Of a DNA stretch of 63,378 bases, positions 51,756-61,052 are shown one piece after another. Under the pieces are notes generated by a model. It ran no database searches. It was not told where the DNA came from and saw only the letters and a program-made list of their open reading frames with translations. Origin of the DNA: a virus (taxonomy: Duplodnaviria; Caudoviricetes). The number at the start of each line of letters is the position of its first letter. Within the stretch, counting starts at the first letter, position 1. Location: the IMG/VR virus record IMGVR_UViG_3300025168_013869, positions 1 to 63,378 of that record; one strand, 5' to 3'. Both the position numbers and the translations under genes were made by a program.

Positions 51756-52529
51756 TTATACCATTATTTGTGTATCATATGCAATTATATGATCTCTACC
51801 GGTCATATTATAACCATGTTCTGCCACCATTTCAAATACTAATGGATACATTTTAATTAATGTTTCTCTATTATCTCCTGCAGGCATTATATATGTCTTA
51901 TCTTTAGGAGCTCCAAGTAATGTTCTGAAATTTTCTATTTCTTCTAAATTTTTATCTGTTCCATCCCATACTGGTTTATAATGATAATCTTTATGAAACA
52001 TTATCATTTGTTTCATTGCATCAAGATTTAAACGTTTCTTGTTATGTGTATCAATAAATCTTTGATCTACTACTTTATCACCTGGAGTTGAGATTCCTAA
52101 TTTAGGAACACTGTTTTCAAATTTAGGACTTAAACTAATTAATCCAATTGGATAATCTGTTTCAACAAATGCCGATCCTTCTGTTTCAATAGTAATTGTA
52201 ATTCCTCTATCATTTGCAAAATGAGTTAATTCATTTACTAATGCCGGATGCATTGTTGGTGAACCACCTGTTAACATCATTTCTTTTACATGCGGATTCT
52301 CATCATACATATTGATAATATCATTAAATGTATGTATTCCTTTTTCTGGATGAATTGAAGTATACCAGGAATCACACCATCCGCCTTCTCCAAAATAACA
52401 TCTATGTGTACATCCTGTAGTTCTAACTGTTATAGTAGGTCTACCTACTCTACTTCCTTCTGATTGTACACACCTATATAATTCTAATACAGGTAATACT
52501 TTATTATAATCTTCTATTCTTTTATTCAC
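51756..52529 (-). CDS. queE: 7-carboxy-7-deazaguanine synthase (radical SAM)
   Basis: VQSEG, VRTTGCTHRCYFGEGGWCDS, LTGGSP, IETEG, SLSPK; GTG start. Confidence 0.9.
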   Translation of the reverse strand: MNKRIEDYNKVLPVLELYRCVQSEGSRVGRPTITVRTTGCTHRCYFGEGGWCDSWYTSIHPEKGIHTFNDIINMYDENPHVKEMMLTGGSPTMHPALVNELTHFANDRGITITIETEGSAFVETDYPIGLISLSPKFENSVPKLGISTPGDKVVDQRFIDTHNKKRLNLDAMKQMIMFHKDYHYKPVWDGTDKNLEEIENFRTLLGAPKDKTYIMPAGDNRETLIKMYPLVFEMVAEHGYNMTGRDHIIAYDTQIMV

Positions 52530-53018
52530 TTACTCTTGATATATTGATGAATTTCTGTCAGCTTCCCAACACTCTACCTTTACTACCTTTACTCTACCAC
52601 CACCAGTTAACTTCATTCGTTCATTGAATTTATCGTAAACTAATTTAGCACAGGATTCAGCACCCATTTTATCCATAATTCGTAAATCCAATACTCCTAA
52701 CTCTTCCATCATCTTGAATGATTCTAATTGCGGATCATCTTTCTCGATTAAACAAGTATGATCCCACATATGATTCATCCACTTCTTTAATCCATTACCT
52801 GGAGTTGGTTCAGCATCAGTATCTTTAAATCCACCATAATCCATGATCCAATTCATTTCATCTAATTGCTTACCTTCCATTATTTCGTTTGATTCAAACC
52901 ATACTTTAAATTTTAAAGCATATCCATGTAGTAATTCACAATGAGAATGAGCTGCTTTCCATTGTCTTAATGCTACCGAATAATTGTCGAATATTTTTGT
53001 TGATTGATACTTTGCCAT
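52530..53018 (-). CDS. queD: 6-carboxy-5,6,7,8-tetrahydropterin synthase
   Basis: HCELLHGY, WIMDYG, WDH, GAE, VECWE. Confidence 0.9.
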   Translation of the reverse strand: MAKYQSTKIFDNYSVALRQWKAAHSHCELLHGYALKFKVWFESNEIMEGKQLDEMNWIMDYGGFKDTDAEPTPGNGLKKWMNHMWDHTCLIEKDDPQLESFKMMEELGVLDLRIMDKMGAESCAKLVYDKFNERMKLTGGGRVKVVKVECWEADRNSSIYQE

Positions 53019-53024
53019 AACTAT

Positions 53025-53327
53025 TTAATCTTTAACGTAACTCCAAACTAACCAATATTTTCTTCCTCTTGGATGAGGAAATAATAAATGAGTGGCTTGT
53101 TCGGCTGAATGATAAAACTTCTCTTTATAAAGGTCTTTTGCGGCTGGATCATTAAATAATGCAAAATCTTCTGCTTCTGGGTACATTGTATTAAATGGTA
53201 TTCCACTATCTAGATAAGATCTAGCATTGACAGCTTCTTTGTACATGGTTGATAAATATTCTTTATCTTTCCAACTTACACGACTCCAATCAAATCCTTT
53301 TACAAATTTTGAGACATCTTTTGACAT
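53025..53327 (-). CDS. Hypothetical protein
   Basis: 100 aa, first gene after class A promoter 53354-53385. Confidence 0.65.
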   Translation of the reverse strand: MSKDVSKFVKGFDWSRVSWKDKEYLSTMYKEAVNARSYLDSGIPFNTMYPEAEDFALFNDPAAKDLYKEKFYHSAEQATHLLFPHPRGRKYWLVWSYVKD

Positions 53328-53353
53328 AACTTTTATTTTTTAATTAATATATA

Positions 53354-53385
53354 TTAATATAACAATTTTTTATCGAACTTCCAAA
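53354..53385 (-). promoter_or_regulatory. Class A promoter TTTG-N20-TATATTAA
   Basis: Conserved spacing; shares upstream GCCAAAAGATTTGG with the site at 11578-11609. Confidence 0.75.
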
Positions 53386-53412
53386 TCTTTTGGCTACTTT
53401 TTTTAAGAAAAG

Positions 53413-55269
53413 TTAAACTATTTCACATGCACCACCTGCACATGCTAATTCACCTTTAAGATCTGTTTCATCTTCTGTTTCAATTATATTTGATAAATTA
53501 ACAGATGTTAATGTTTCCATTAATCTATTGTACTCCTCTTCTGTAATATCTTCAAAGGGGGCTTGTGTATATGTACCTCCATCATATGGTAATACTGCTA
53601 ATCCATTATAATAATTTTTATTATCCCACATCCATTCACCTGCTGCATCCCATTCATGATCTCTCAACGAAATTGTAGCAGATACATTATGAGTATTTGA
53701 TCCAGCTCTATGGCCTGGCTTGATCCATTCTTGAGCAACTTTCTTAACTCTCTCTAACAATTGAAATGGAGATTCTGTTCTCATAATAGCCCCTGTTGGT
53801 GCTTTTTGTGGTATACTAATGACTGCAGTATCATGGGCTCTAAAGAATTCATCTTCAACTAATTCTGGATGGGTTTCGTTTAGGTATTTATATATTGATT
53901 CATTCTTACCTACTCTAATTCTTCTAATGTAATAATCATTATGCCATGCATGAATTCCAGATGATGTTCCTAATGTTAAAGAAGTTGTTCCTGCAGGTTT
54001 TACTGTAGTTGCTCTTGCTGTTTTATTTATTCCAATTAAGTCTGCTACTCTCGCATTCTCTTCTTTTACTACCTTAGCTGCAGATTTCATATCATATCCT
54101 AATACTGTACCACTTCCTATTCCTGTCATTGAGACTCCTATTAAAGCATCCTTCTCTGTAGTTCTTTGCCATACAGGTCTCAAATAATGGAACTCTGTAT
54201 ATCCTGCTTGTAATGTACCAATAAATGCTGCAGCTTTTACTCTTGATTCAAAATCTTCTTGAGATTCTATATTTGAAACATTTACTTCACAAAGGTTACA
54301 GAATTGAAATGGTCGTAATGCTATTTCACAACATGGATTAGTTCCCCAGTCTTTATCATTTGATAAATAAATTCCAGGTTCACCTGCTCCGGATAATTCA
54401 ACTCTTTTCCATATATCTAAGAAAAATTCTTTTGTAATTTTATGCCTCATCAATACAGCTGAATTATTAGATCTACCTCTTTGTGGATTAAGTTCCCACC
54501 AATTACCTGTTTTACATGAAATCATTTCCTCATCATGTGCGCTAAATAAACTAATCAACGCTGCTCTTCTAATACCTCCTGCTAATACAGCATCTGCTAT
54601 ATGACATACTATATCATGTACTTCCAATGTAGATAATTTATCACCATCTTGCTTTTGTTTTAACATACCTTCAATCTTAACCAAACATTCTTTCAAAGGT
54701 TGTGGTCCTGGGGCTTTTCCTCCTGAGGTCACAAGCCTTGCTCCTTTAGCTCTAATATCTGTATAATCAAATTTAATTGAAGATCCATCGAAAAAGTATG
54801 ACTTCATTAAAATTTTAACAGCATCTGCCCATCCTTCAATTGAATCTGCAATTAAAAATCTTCTACTTCTATTTGGGTTAGGTTTTCTAATTTCTGGTAG
54901 TTCGTCTACATGATGTTTCTGTACAGAATATCCAACTCCAGTACCACCTAGCAATAAAAACATTGTTTCAGAAAATGCTCTCCAATCGTCTATTGGAAGA
55001 TATGCACAATTATAAACTCTATTTGGAGAGATTTCAATTGGTTTTCCTGCAAATTGCATACTTCTCATTGAAGGAAGTATCTTTTTATTATGAACTAGTT
55101 TATATGCTGACATGATCTCATCTTTAAGGTCAGGATATTTTTTAAGATGCATCTTTCTATTCCTATTAACTAATTCTTTCCAAGTTTCTCGTCTATTCTT
55201 ACTTGGAATGTATTTTGCATACTTCATGTAGACTGTAATCTCTGAGAGTATTTTTGTAGATATATTCAT
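53413..55269 (-). CDS. nrdJ: Class II (adenosylcobalamin-dependent) ribonucleotide reductase, monomeric RTPR type
   Basis: YNCA, GTGVG, GGIRRAALI, GTNPCCEI, TTVKPAGT, C-terminal CAGGACEI; no nrdB/F partner in the window. Confidence 0.9.
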   Translation of the reverse strand: MNISTKILSEITVYMKYAKYIPSKNRRETWKELVNRNRKMHLKKYPDLKDEIMSAYKLVHNKKILPSMRSMQFAGKPIEISPNRVYNCAYLPIDDWRAFSETMFLLLGGTGVGYSVQKHHVDELPEIRKPNPNRSRRFLIADSIEGWADAVKILMKSYFFDGSSIKFDYTDIRAKGARLVTSGGKAPGPQPLKECLVKIEGMLKQKQDGDKLSTLEVHDIVCHIADAVLAGGIRRAALISLFSAHDEEMISCKTGNWWELNPQRGRSNNSAVLMRHKITKEFFLDIWKRVELSGAGEPGIYLSNDKDWGTNPCCEIALRPFQFCNLCEVNVSNIESQEDFESRVKAAAFIGTLQAGYTEFHYLRPVWQRTTEKDALIGVSMTGIGSGTVLGYDMKSAAKVVKEENARVADLIGINKTARATTVKPAGTTSLTLGTSSGIHAWHNDYYIRRIRVGKNESIYKYLNETHPELVEDEFFRAHDTAVISIPQKAPTGAIMRTESPFQLLERVKKVAQEWIKPGHRAGSNTHNVSATISLRDHEWDAAGEWMWDNKNYYNGLAVLPYDGGTYTQAPFEDITEEEYNRLMETLTSVNLSNIIETEDETDLKGELACAGGACEIV

Positions 55270-55355
55270 TGCGTTTTCGCCTTTTTTATTAAAATTGAGT
55301 GTATAAAACGTAAAAAATCGTAACCTTCATTGTTAACGTTTCATCTTATTATCAT

Positions 55356-55366
55356 ATATAAATATG
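55356..55366 (-). promoter_or_regulatory. Class B motif CATATTTATAT
   Basis: Intergenic, upstream of nrdJ. Confidence 0.55.
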
Positions 55367-55415
55367 GTGTTGGCATGCATTCATGAACGCTTTTGATGAA
55401 AAAATATTTGCTTTT

Positions 55416-56771
55416 TTACTCAAAACCTTCATTTGTTATTTCTTGGTATTTGCGTGCTAGTAATTTTCTCGTAAGCTCATTGCCGCCATCCATTTGCTTC
55501 TGTGTATCCTTCCCTCCTACTGATGTCTCTGCATATAAATGAAATTGTCCATTTGATGTATTCATTTTACTTGGTAATGTAATACCATCTGGACCAAATC
55601 TATTTTTAATAACATGCCATCTTCCAGTTCCTGCTAACTTATCTGCTACCTTTCTTGATAATGATAATACAAAGTCAGCAACCATTACTTTACCATATGA
55701 TTCTGATATCTTACTTGCATCAATAATATCTTCTTCCAATGCTGATCTATTTGCTTGAGATGCAGTCCAAACAGGTATATCATATTCTCCGGCCATACCT
55801 CTAAGGTCTTCATAAATACCTTCTAACTCATGCCTTTTTTCTTGTCCATGACCTCTTAACAAATCCGCGTAATCAACTATTATACAATCTGGTTTCTTGT
55901 CCTGCATTATACATTTTTCAACATGGGCTCTAATACCCATTACAGATACAGACTTTGTCGGATAATGTTTAATAATTAACTCACCTTTTAGTTTTGCTAA
56001 TTGTTCTTTAATATCTTCTTTATAATGTTTAAGATTCTGATTTGCAATACCTGTTATAACCGAATCATATCTTAACCCAACATATGCTTGATTTAACTCT
56101 AATGTATAATGAACAACTGTTTTACCTTGTTTAACTAAATGGGCACCTACATTCATTAATGCCCAAGACTTACCAATACCAGCTGGTGCAACCATTACTC
56201 CTAGTTCACCTTTGCCTAAACCTCCATCTGTTAATTCATTAATAACATCCCATGGAGTAGGTTGTACATCTCTAACTGCATCTGTATACCGTTCATCTAT
56301 TTCCTCCATATAATCATGCCCAATATCTTTATCAGCTCCGGCCTTTAAGGCTTCATCAACTCTAGCTTTAATGCCATCATAATCTCCATTTTTTAGTAAC
56401 TCTACAGATCCTAAAATAGCTTTTTTGATTTCTTGGTTCTTACAGAAGTCCATTGCCTGATCTTTGATGTATGCTAAATCAGGTGATTCTGTATACTTCC
56501 AAGCATCTTTCAGATGAGCAATTATTTGTTCTTTTAATATATCATGATCAACCTTTTCAAGTTTTACTTTCATCACTTCCAAAGTAGGAGATGATTTATA
56601 CTCAGTAAAATATTCTAAGATTGTATCTACAATCCAACTGTTAGCATCCGATTCAAAATATGATGATAACATGATATCTGAAATTTGTTGTAGAAATGAT
56701 TTATCTACTAGTAATGCTGTTATTACCTTTATCTGAAATGCGTACCCGTACGAGCTTAATCTATCTGTCAT
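55416..56771 (-). CDS. Replicative DnaB-family helicase (T4 gp41-like)
   Basis: APAGIGKS Walker A, YTLEL, IIVDYAD, WTASQANR, KNRFG. Confidence 0.95.
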   Translation of the reverse strand: MTDRLSSYGYAFQIKVITALLVDKSFLQQISDIMLSSYFESDANSWIVDTILEYFTEYKSSPTLEVMKVKLEKVDHDILKEQIIAHLKDAWKYTESPDLAYIKDQAMDFCKNQEIKKAILGSVELLKNGDYDGIKARVDEALKAGADKDIGHDYMEEIDERYTDAVRDVQPTPWDVINELTDGGLGKGELGVMVAPAGIGKSWALMNVGAHLVKQGKTVVHYTLELNQAYVGLRYDSVITGIANQNLKHYKEDIKEQLAKLKGELIIKHYPTKSVSVMGIRAHVEKCIMQDKKPDCIIVDYADLLRGHGQEKRHELEGIYEDLRGMAGEYDIPVWTASQANRSALEEDIIDASKISESYGKVMVADFVLSLSRKVADKLAGTGRWHVIKNRFGPDGITLPSKMNTSNGQFHLYAETSVGGKDTQKQMDGGNELTRKLLARKYQEITNEGFE

Positions 56772-56774
56772 ACT

Positions 56775-56806
56775 TTAATATAATAATTTTTTTTCTAATA
56801 TCCTAA
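56775..56806 (-). promoter_or_regulatory. Class A promoter TTAG-N20-TATATTAA (probably leaderless transcript)
   Basis: ATG 56771 begins 3 nt after the -7 box. Confidence 0.7.
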
Positions 56807-57873
56807 TCTTTTCGCATCTGAATAAATGCGTTAAGAGTATTGAAGGAAGTTGCTAACCAAGTATCTAAATCTTTTATGATTGTATACATTTTATCTGCCA
56901 TGAACATCTTCTTGAATTGTAATGTATTTAATTTGTCAACAGGACCTTTTACCTTATCATGTATCATTAACTTTATAGATCCTGCAATATCAACCTCTTT
57001 GAGTTGCATAAGATTATGGTTCAAGTCAACCTGGTCCTCTGATTCTACTACGGACTTATAGATTTTGTAGCGGCCTTCTTCTGCTCCATCTTTTGCATGA
57101 TTTATAATTTCATGTATCTGTACTTCTCTATTTTCTGTAACCATTGGAAAGAATTTCTTAAGTGATTTCAATGCAACACCTTTCACTCCAGGAATATTAT
57201 CTGATTTATCACCTAGGAATGTTCTATATAATAAATAGTTAGAAGCATTAATTCCAAATTCTTCTTGCATTAATCTTGGATTATACATTTTCTTTTTAAT
57301 TGGACTCCAAACAGAAATTCTATTATTTACTAATTGTAAAAAATCTCTATCAGTTGATACAATTTGAACTTTTTGATTTGGCTCTGTATATACTTCATTT
57401 GCAATATATGCTATTGCATCATCAGCTTCGATATTATCAACTGATAATAATGTTACTGGTAAACAATCTAAGTATTCTATTAGTCTACCAAATTGCTTTT
57501 TCATAGAATCAGATTCATCTGTTAATGATGCAAATTCTTTATATCTATTAAATGCAGTTTTAACAGCTCTATTTGCTTTATAATCTGGAAAAATCTTTTT
57601 TCTACGTTTAGAACCTCCTTTACCATCAAAACAAACAATGACTCTAGTAGGTTTTAATAATCGAATATTAGCAGCTAGTGATCTTAAAAATCCTGTTACT
57701 CCTCCAATGTGATCTCCATCATCATTCAATGCAGGTACTGCGGAGAATACTCTAATGAAGGTATTAAGACCATCGAGTATCAATATGTTACTATTAATAT
57801 CCGATGGCCTACCCTCTTGATGTTCCTTGACAACGTCTTGGAAAAATTTCTGAAGTTGTTTATGATTCTTCAC
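56803..57873 (-). CDS. 5'-3' exonuclease/flap endonuclease (T4 RNase H-like)
   Basis: ILDGLN, FDGKGG, YKANR, EADDAI, STDRDFLQL, GDKSDNIPGVKG. Confidence 0.95.
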   Translation of the reverse strand: MKNHKQLQKFFQDVVKEHQEGRPSDINSNILILDGLNTFIRVFSAVPALNDDGDHIGGVTGFLRSLAANIRLLKPTRVIVCFDGKGGSKRRKKIFPDYKANRAVKTAFNRYKEFASLTDESDSMKKQFGRLIEYLDCLPVTLLSVDNIEADDAIAYIANEVYTEPNQKVQIVSTDRDFLQLVNNRISVWSPIKKKMYNPRLMQEEFGINASNYLLYRTFLGDKSDNIPGVKGVALKSLKKFFPMVTENREVQIHEIINHAKDGAEEGRYKIYKSVVESEDQVDLNHNLMQLKEVDIAGSIKLMIHDKVKGPVDKLNTLQFKKMFMADKMYTIIKDLDTWLATSFNTLNAFIQMRKD

Positions 57874-59014
57874 CTACAAAGTCTTCTTCAATTTCAACAT
57901 CATCAATTCCAATATTATCACCAGGTTTATATGTTAATATATACGCATCACAAATACCTTTGTATATCTCATCCTTCAATTCTGGATCGGCTTCAAGTTT
58001 ACCTTGAAAGTCTTTTGATAAGAATTTTACAGCTGTACCATCTGCTTTTGTATATGTATACCATGCTCCTGCTATACTCACCAGTTTATATTGCTTCATA
58101 ACATTTAACCAGCCACCAAAGTTATCTATTCCACTTTCAAAGTAAATATCATAATCGATAGTCTTTAAAGGTGGACCCATTCTATTTTTAATAACTTGGC
58201 ATCTAGTTTTGATACCAACAGTTTGATCAACCCCATCCTTCTTGACTTTGATCTGTCCTACTGATTTCAATCGTAACCGTACTGATGAGTGAAATGGAAT
58301 TGCTTTTCCTCCACTAGTTGTCCATGGATCACCAAATGCTACTCCTAGCCTTGAACGAAGCTGATTAGTAAACAATAATGCAACTTTTTGTCTACCAAGT
58401 AGATTTGTAATCTTACGCATACCTTTTGATAATATAATAGCCTTGGATGTTGCCCAACCTGCTTTATCATAATCATCTGCTTGTTCAATCTTTGTTGATG
58501 CACCCATTACTGAGTCTACTACAATTGTTACCAATCTATCCTTACTAGATTTTCTAACTGATTCTATAATACTTTCAATTGCTTCAAAGATATCTTCAAT
58601 AGTATCTAATGGAACATAAAGCATTTTTTCTAAATCTAATCCAATTGCTTCAAGGAATTCTCTACTGACTGCATTTTCTGTATCAATATAAACTGCTAAG
58701 CCTCCTTGCTTTTGTGTATCTGCTAAAGCATGAGCTGCCAATAATGATTTACCTGATGCTTCTAATCCTGTTATCTCAGTTATTCTTCCAACTGGAAATC
58801 CTCCTACAGGTCTATTTGCAATAGCCAAGTCTAACATGGATGAACCTGATCCTACCCATCCTCTAACTTCTGATGGTGAATCCGTATCTCCATCTAAGAA
58901 ATATGCAACTTTATAGTTAGTATGTTTGAATTTCTTATTAAGACCTTCTCTAATATTTTCTCCTAAGGCCGTTGCGAGCTCGTCTGCTTGTTCTGCTTTA
59001 CTTTTCTTTGCCAT
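57860..59014 (-). CDS. RecA/UvsX recombinase
   Basis: GLEASGKS, YIDTENA, VVDSV, FTNQLR, TSGGKAIPFHSSVRL, IKNR. Confidence 0.96.
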   Translation of the reverse strand: MAKKSKAEQADELATALGENIREGLNKKFKHTNYKVAYFLDGDTDSPSEVRGWVGSGSSMLDLAIANRPVGGFPVGRITEITGLEASGKSLLAAHALADTQKQGGLAVYIDTENAVSREFLEAIGLDLEKMLYVPLDTIEDIFEAIESIIESVRKSSKDRLVTIVVDSVMGASTKIEQADDYDKAGWATSKAIILSKGMRKITNLLGRQKVALLFTNQLRSRLGVAFGDPWTTSGGKAIPFHSSVRLRLKSVGQIKVKKDGVDQTVGIKTRCQVIKNRMGPPLKTIDYDIYFESGIDNFGGWLNVMKQYKLVSIAGAWYTYTKADGTAVKFLSKDFQGKLEADPELKDEIYKGICDAYILTYKPGDNIGIDDVEIEEDFVGEES

Positions 59015-59027
59015 ATATAACCTCTAT

Positions 59028-59804
59028 TTATTCGTTAAACAAATCATCAAATGCTGCTGATACATCATCTACTTTATTAACACTTGCCGGTGCTTTTGTT
59101 TCTTGCTTAACTGGTTCTGGTGCTGTTGATGATGGATCTACTGTGTCTGATCCTTCTGGGTTTAACCAAATTGCTAATGCTTCTTTTAACTCATCATAAG
59201 ATGGTTCTTTAAAGATATCAGATAAATTAGGTTGACTATCAGTTGCTGCTTTTGAAACATTACTATCTTCTGATAATGCTGTAACATTAGGTTTAACTCT
59301 AATAGTAGTTTTTGGAAAGTTACCTGCTCCTTCTGCTGGAGTAAATTCAACTAAGATATCTCTTCCATTCATTGGATCTGTAATATCACCATAATCTGGA
59401 TCTGCTATTACTCCTAAAAGTTCTTGATAAACTAGTTTACCAAAGCCCCAAAATTTAACACCTTCTGATTCTTTACCTCTTACTAATACCGGAGCATAAG
59501 TTCTCATTTTAGGTTCCATTTTCTTTCCTAATTTCCATTCATCTGAATTACCAGAAGATTTTAATTTTTCAGAAAATTCTACTACTGGATCTGGTCTACC
59601 ATGAGTTACTGGTGATAAGAAGTTTTTCTTACCTAAGTCATAATGAAAGTACAATTCATTGAATGGATTGTCTTTGTTGTGCTGATAAGGTACGATTCTG
59701 ATTATTTGTTTGCCTGGTTCAGGCTTCCATAAGGTTGACGTTCTGTTGTTCGTCGTTTGTAATTGATTAAGCTTTGCCTTAATCGCGTCTAAGTTAATTG
59801 CCAT
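59028..59804 (-). CDS. Single-stranded DNA-binding protein (T4 gp32-like)
   Basis: LWKP..G...IRIVP, DITDPMNGRD, acidic tail AAFDDLFNE; adjacent to the recombinase. Confidence 0.85.
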   Translation of the reverse strand: MAINLDAIKAKLNQLQTTNNRTSTLWKPEPGKQIIRIVPYQHNKDNPFNELYFHYDLGKKNFLSPVTHGRPDPVVEFSEKLKSSGNSDEWKLGKKMEPKMRTYAPVLVRGKESEGVKFWGFGKLVYQELLGVIADPDYGDITDPMNGRDILVEFTPAEGAGNFPKTTIRVKPNVTALSEDSNVSKAATDSQPNLSDIFKEPSYDELKEALAIWLNPEGSDTVDPSSTAPEPVKQETKAPASVNKVDDVSAAFDDLFNE

Positions 59805-59837
59805 TTTTCTTTTTCTTTTTTTAATGGTTAATAATTA

Positions 59838-59869
59838 TTAATATAACAACTTTATTTCATTTAACCTAA
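59838..59869 (-). promoter_or_regulatory. Class A promoter TTAG-N20-TATATTAA (proximal SSB promoter)
   Basis: Conserved spacing. Confidence 0.7.
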
Positions 59870-59921
59870 TGTTTATCGAAAAAAGTTGCAAAAAAGTTTT
59901 TAATTTTTAATTTTTAATTTT

Positions 59922-59943
59922 GAGTTTAATTATGGCTAAACTC
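59922..59943 (-). promoter_or_regulatory. Stem-loop GAGTTTA-GCCATAAT-TAAACTC in the SSB upstream region
   Basis: Perfect 7-bp inverted repeat, followed on the minus strand by three TTAAAAA repeats. Confidence 0.5.
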
Positions 59944-59963
59944 TAATCCTTTTTATTTATATA

Positions 59964-59995
59964 TAAATATAATGAAAATATTTCATATATCCTAA
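59964..59995 (-). promoter_or_regulatory. Class A promoter TTAG-N20-TATATTTA (distal SSB promoter)
   Basis: Conserved spacing. Confidence 0.7.
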
Positions 59996-60643
59996 TTATA
60001 CTACTTTAAATCTAGCACCTTGTATTCTGTTTCCTCGCTTTTTGACTGCAAATTTTATGTCTTTTACTATATAGTCTTCTAAACTATATTCTGTTGCACC
60101 ACCACCTAAATCAAATTCAAAAACTTTTTCCTTGAATGGATGGTTCCATTTACACCATGATTCGTCAATTGTAAAACCACCACGATCATGATTATATTCT
60201 GCCATCATTTCGATAGTCATTATACCATCAATGTTTATTTTTTCACCATCTTTCACCTCTTGGTGCTCCTCATCTGTTAGAACTTTGATGAATATTCGAA
60301 CAATACTTAAAAGTTGATTATCATCACTTCCACTTCCATGGTATCGAGGTTGTACTGTTCTGGAACGCACATACTGGACCCTAGACGTGAATGGGAAATG
60401 TACTATATTGTCTATATAATTACCATCTTTCTGCATCAGATTTCCATCTTTATCAAATATAGTTGAAGCTTCCATCTTATGCTTTTTCAATTCTTTTTCA
60501 AGACTTTTTTCAAAGTCATTCCAAAAGTCAAAGGGTTTGTGTATATCGATTAGTTCTCCTTCACTTGATTCGTTTAATAATTTAGAATCATTGCTTCTTG
60601 GTTTACCTTCAAACAATTGTTTATATTTTTTTCCTAAATTCAT
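59996..60643 (-). CDS. Hypothetical protein with shared 25-aa MNLGKKY leader
   Basis: MNLGKKYKQLFEGKPRSNDSKLLNE followed by a unique body; AGGA SD. Confidence 0.75.
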   Translation of the reverse strand: MNLGKKYKQLFEGKPRSNDSKLLNESSEGELIDIHKPFDFWNDFEKSLEKELKKHKMEASTIFDKDGNLMQKDGNYIDNIVHFPFTSRVQYVRSRTVQPRYHGSGSDDNQLLSIVRIFIKVLTDEEHQEVKDGEKINIDGIMTIEMMAEYNHDRGGFTIDESWCKWNHPFKEKVFEFDLGGGATEYSLEDYIVKDIKFAVKKRGNRIQGARFKVV

Positions 60644-60671
60644 GTTATTTATCCTAATTTATTTAGATATA

Positions 60672-61040
60672 TTACCAATCATCTGAATAATCATCTTCTT
60701 CTAATTCATACTCATAATCTACTACACCTAGTATAGGTTCATATAATGGTCCATCATTTTCTAAATCTTCTCCTTCCAAAGAGATAGACGTCATGCCGTC
60801 ATCTGTAGTTAAGACCCAATTAAAAGTAGCTCCTTCTATTTTAATAGTTCCATTTGCATCTCTATCCTTGCCACTAACAGATCCGTCTTCTATTGAGATT
60901 ACCTTTTCTAATTGTTCGTAACTCATTTTATCCGCTGCCTTAAGTGCAGCATCTACTAATGTATTTTCTTTAAGTAAATTAGAATCATTGCTTCTTGCTT
61001 TACCTTCAAATAATTGTTTGTATTTTTTTCCTAAGTTCAT
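60672..61040 (-). CDS. Acidic hypothetical protein with shared 25-aa MNLGKKY leader
   Basis: MNLGKKYKQLFEGKARSNDSNLLKE followed by a unique body. Confidence 0.75.
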   Translation of the reverse strand: MNLGKKYKQLFEGKARSNDSNLLKENTLVDAALKAADKMSYEQLEKVISIEDGSVSGKDRDANGTIKIEGATFNWVLTTDDGMTSISLEGEDLENDGPLYEPILGVVDYEYELEEDDYSDDW

Positions 61041-61052
61041 TTTTTCTTCTTT

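Noticed and set aside
44284-53018. Ordinary tRNA queuosine or folate pathway
   Set aside because: No queA/queF/queG or fol genes beyond folE; the TGT-fold protein lacks the CxCxxC zinc site of tRNA TGT and sits in the replisome operon. Not fully excluded.
55355-55372. NrdR box or cobalamin riboswitch upstream of nrdJ
   Set aside because: Only a partial match to the NrdR palindrome, explained by the class B motif; the region is too short and AT-rich and has no B12-box
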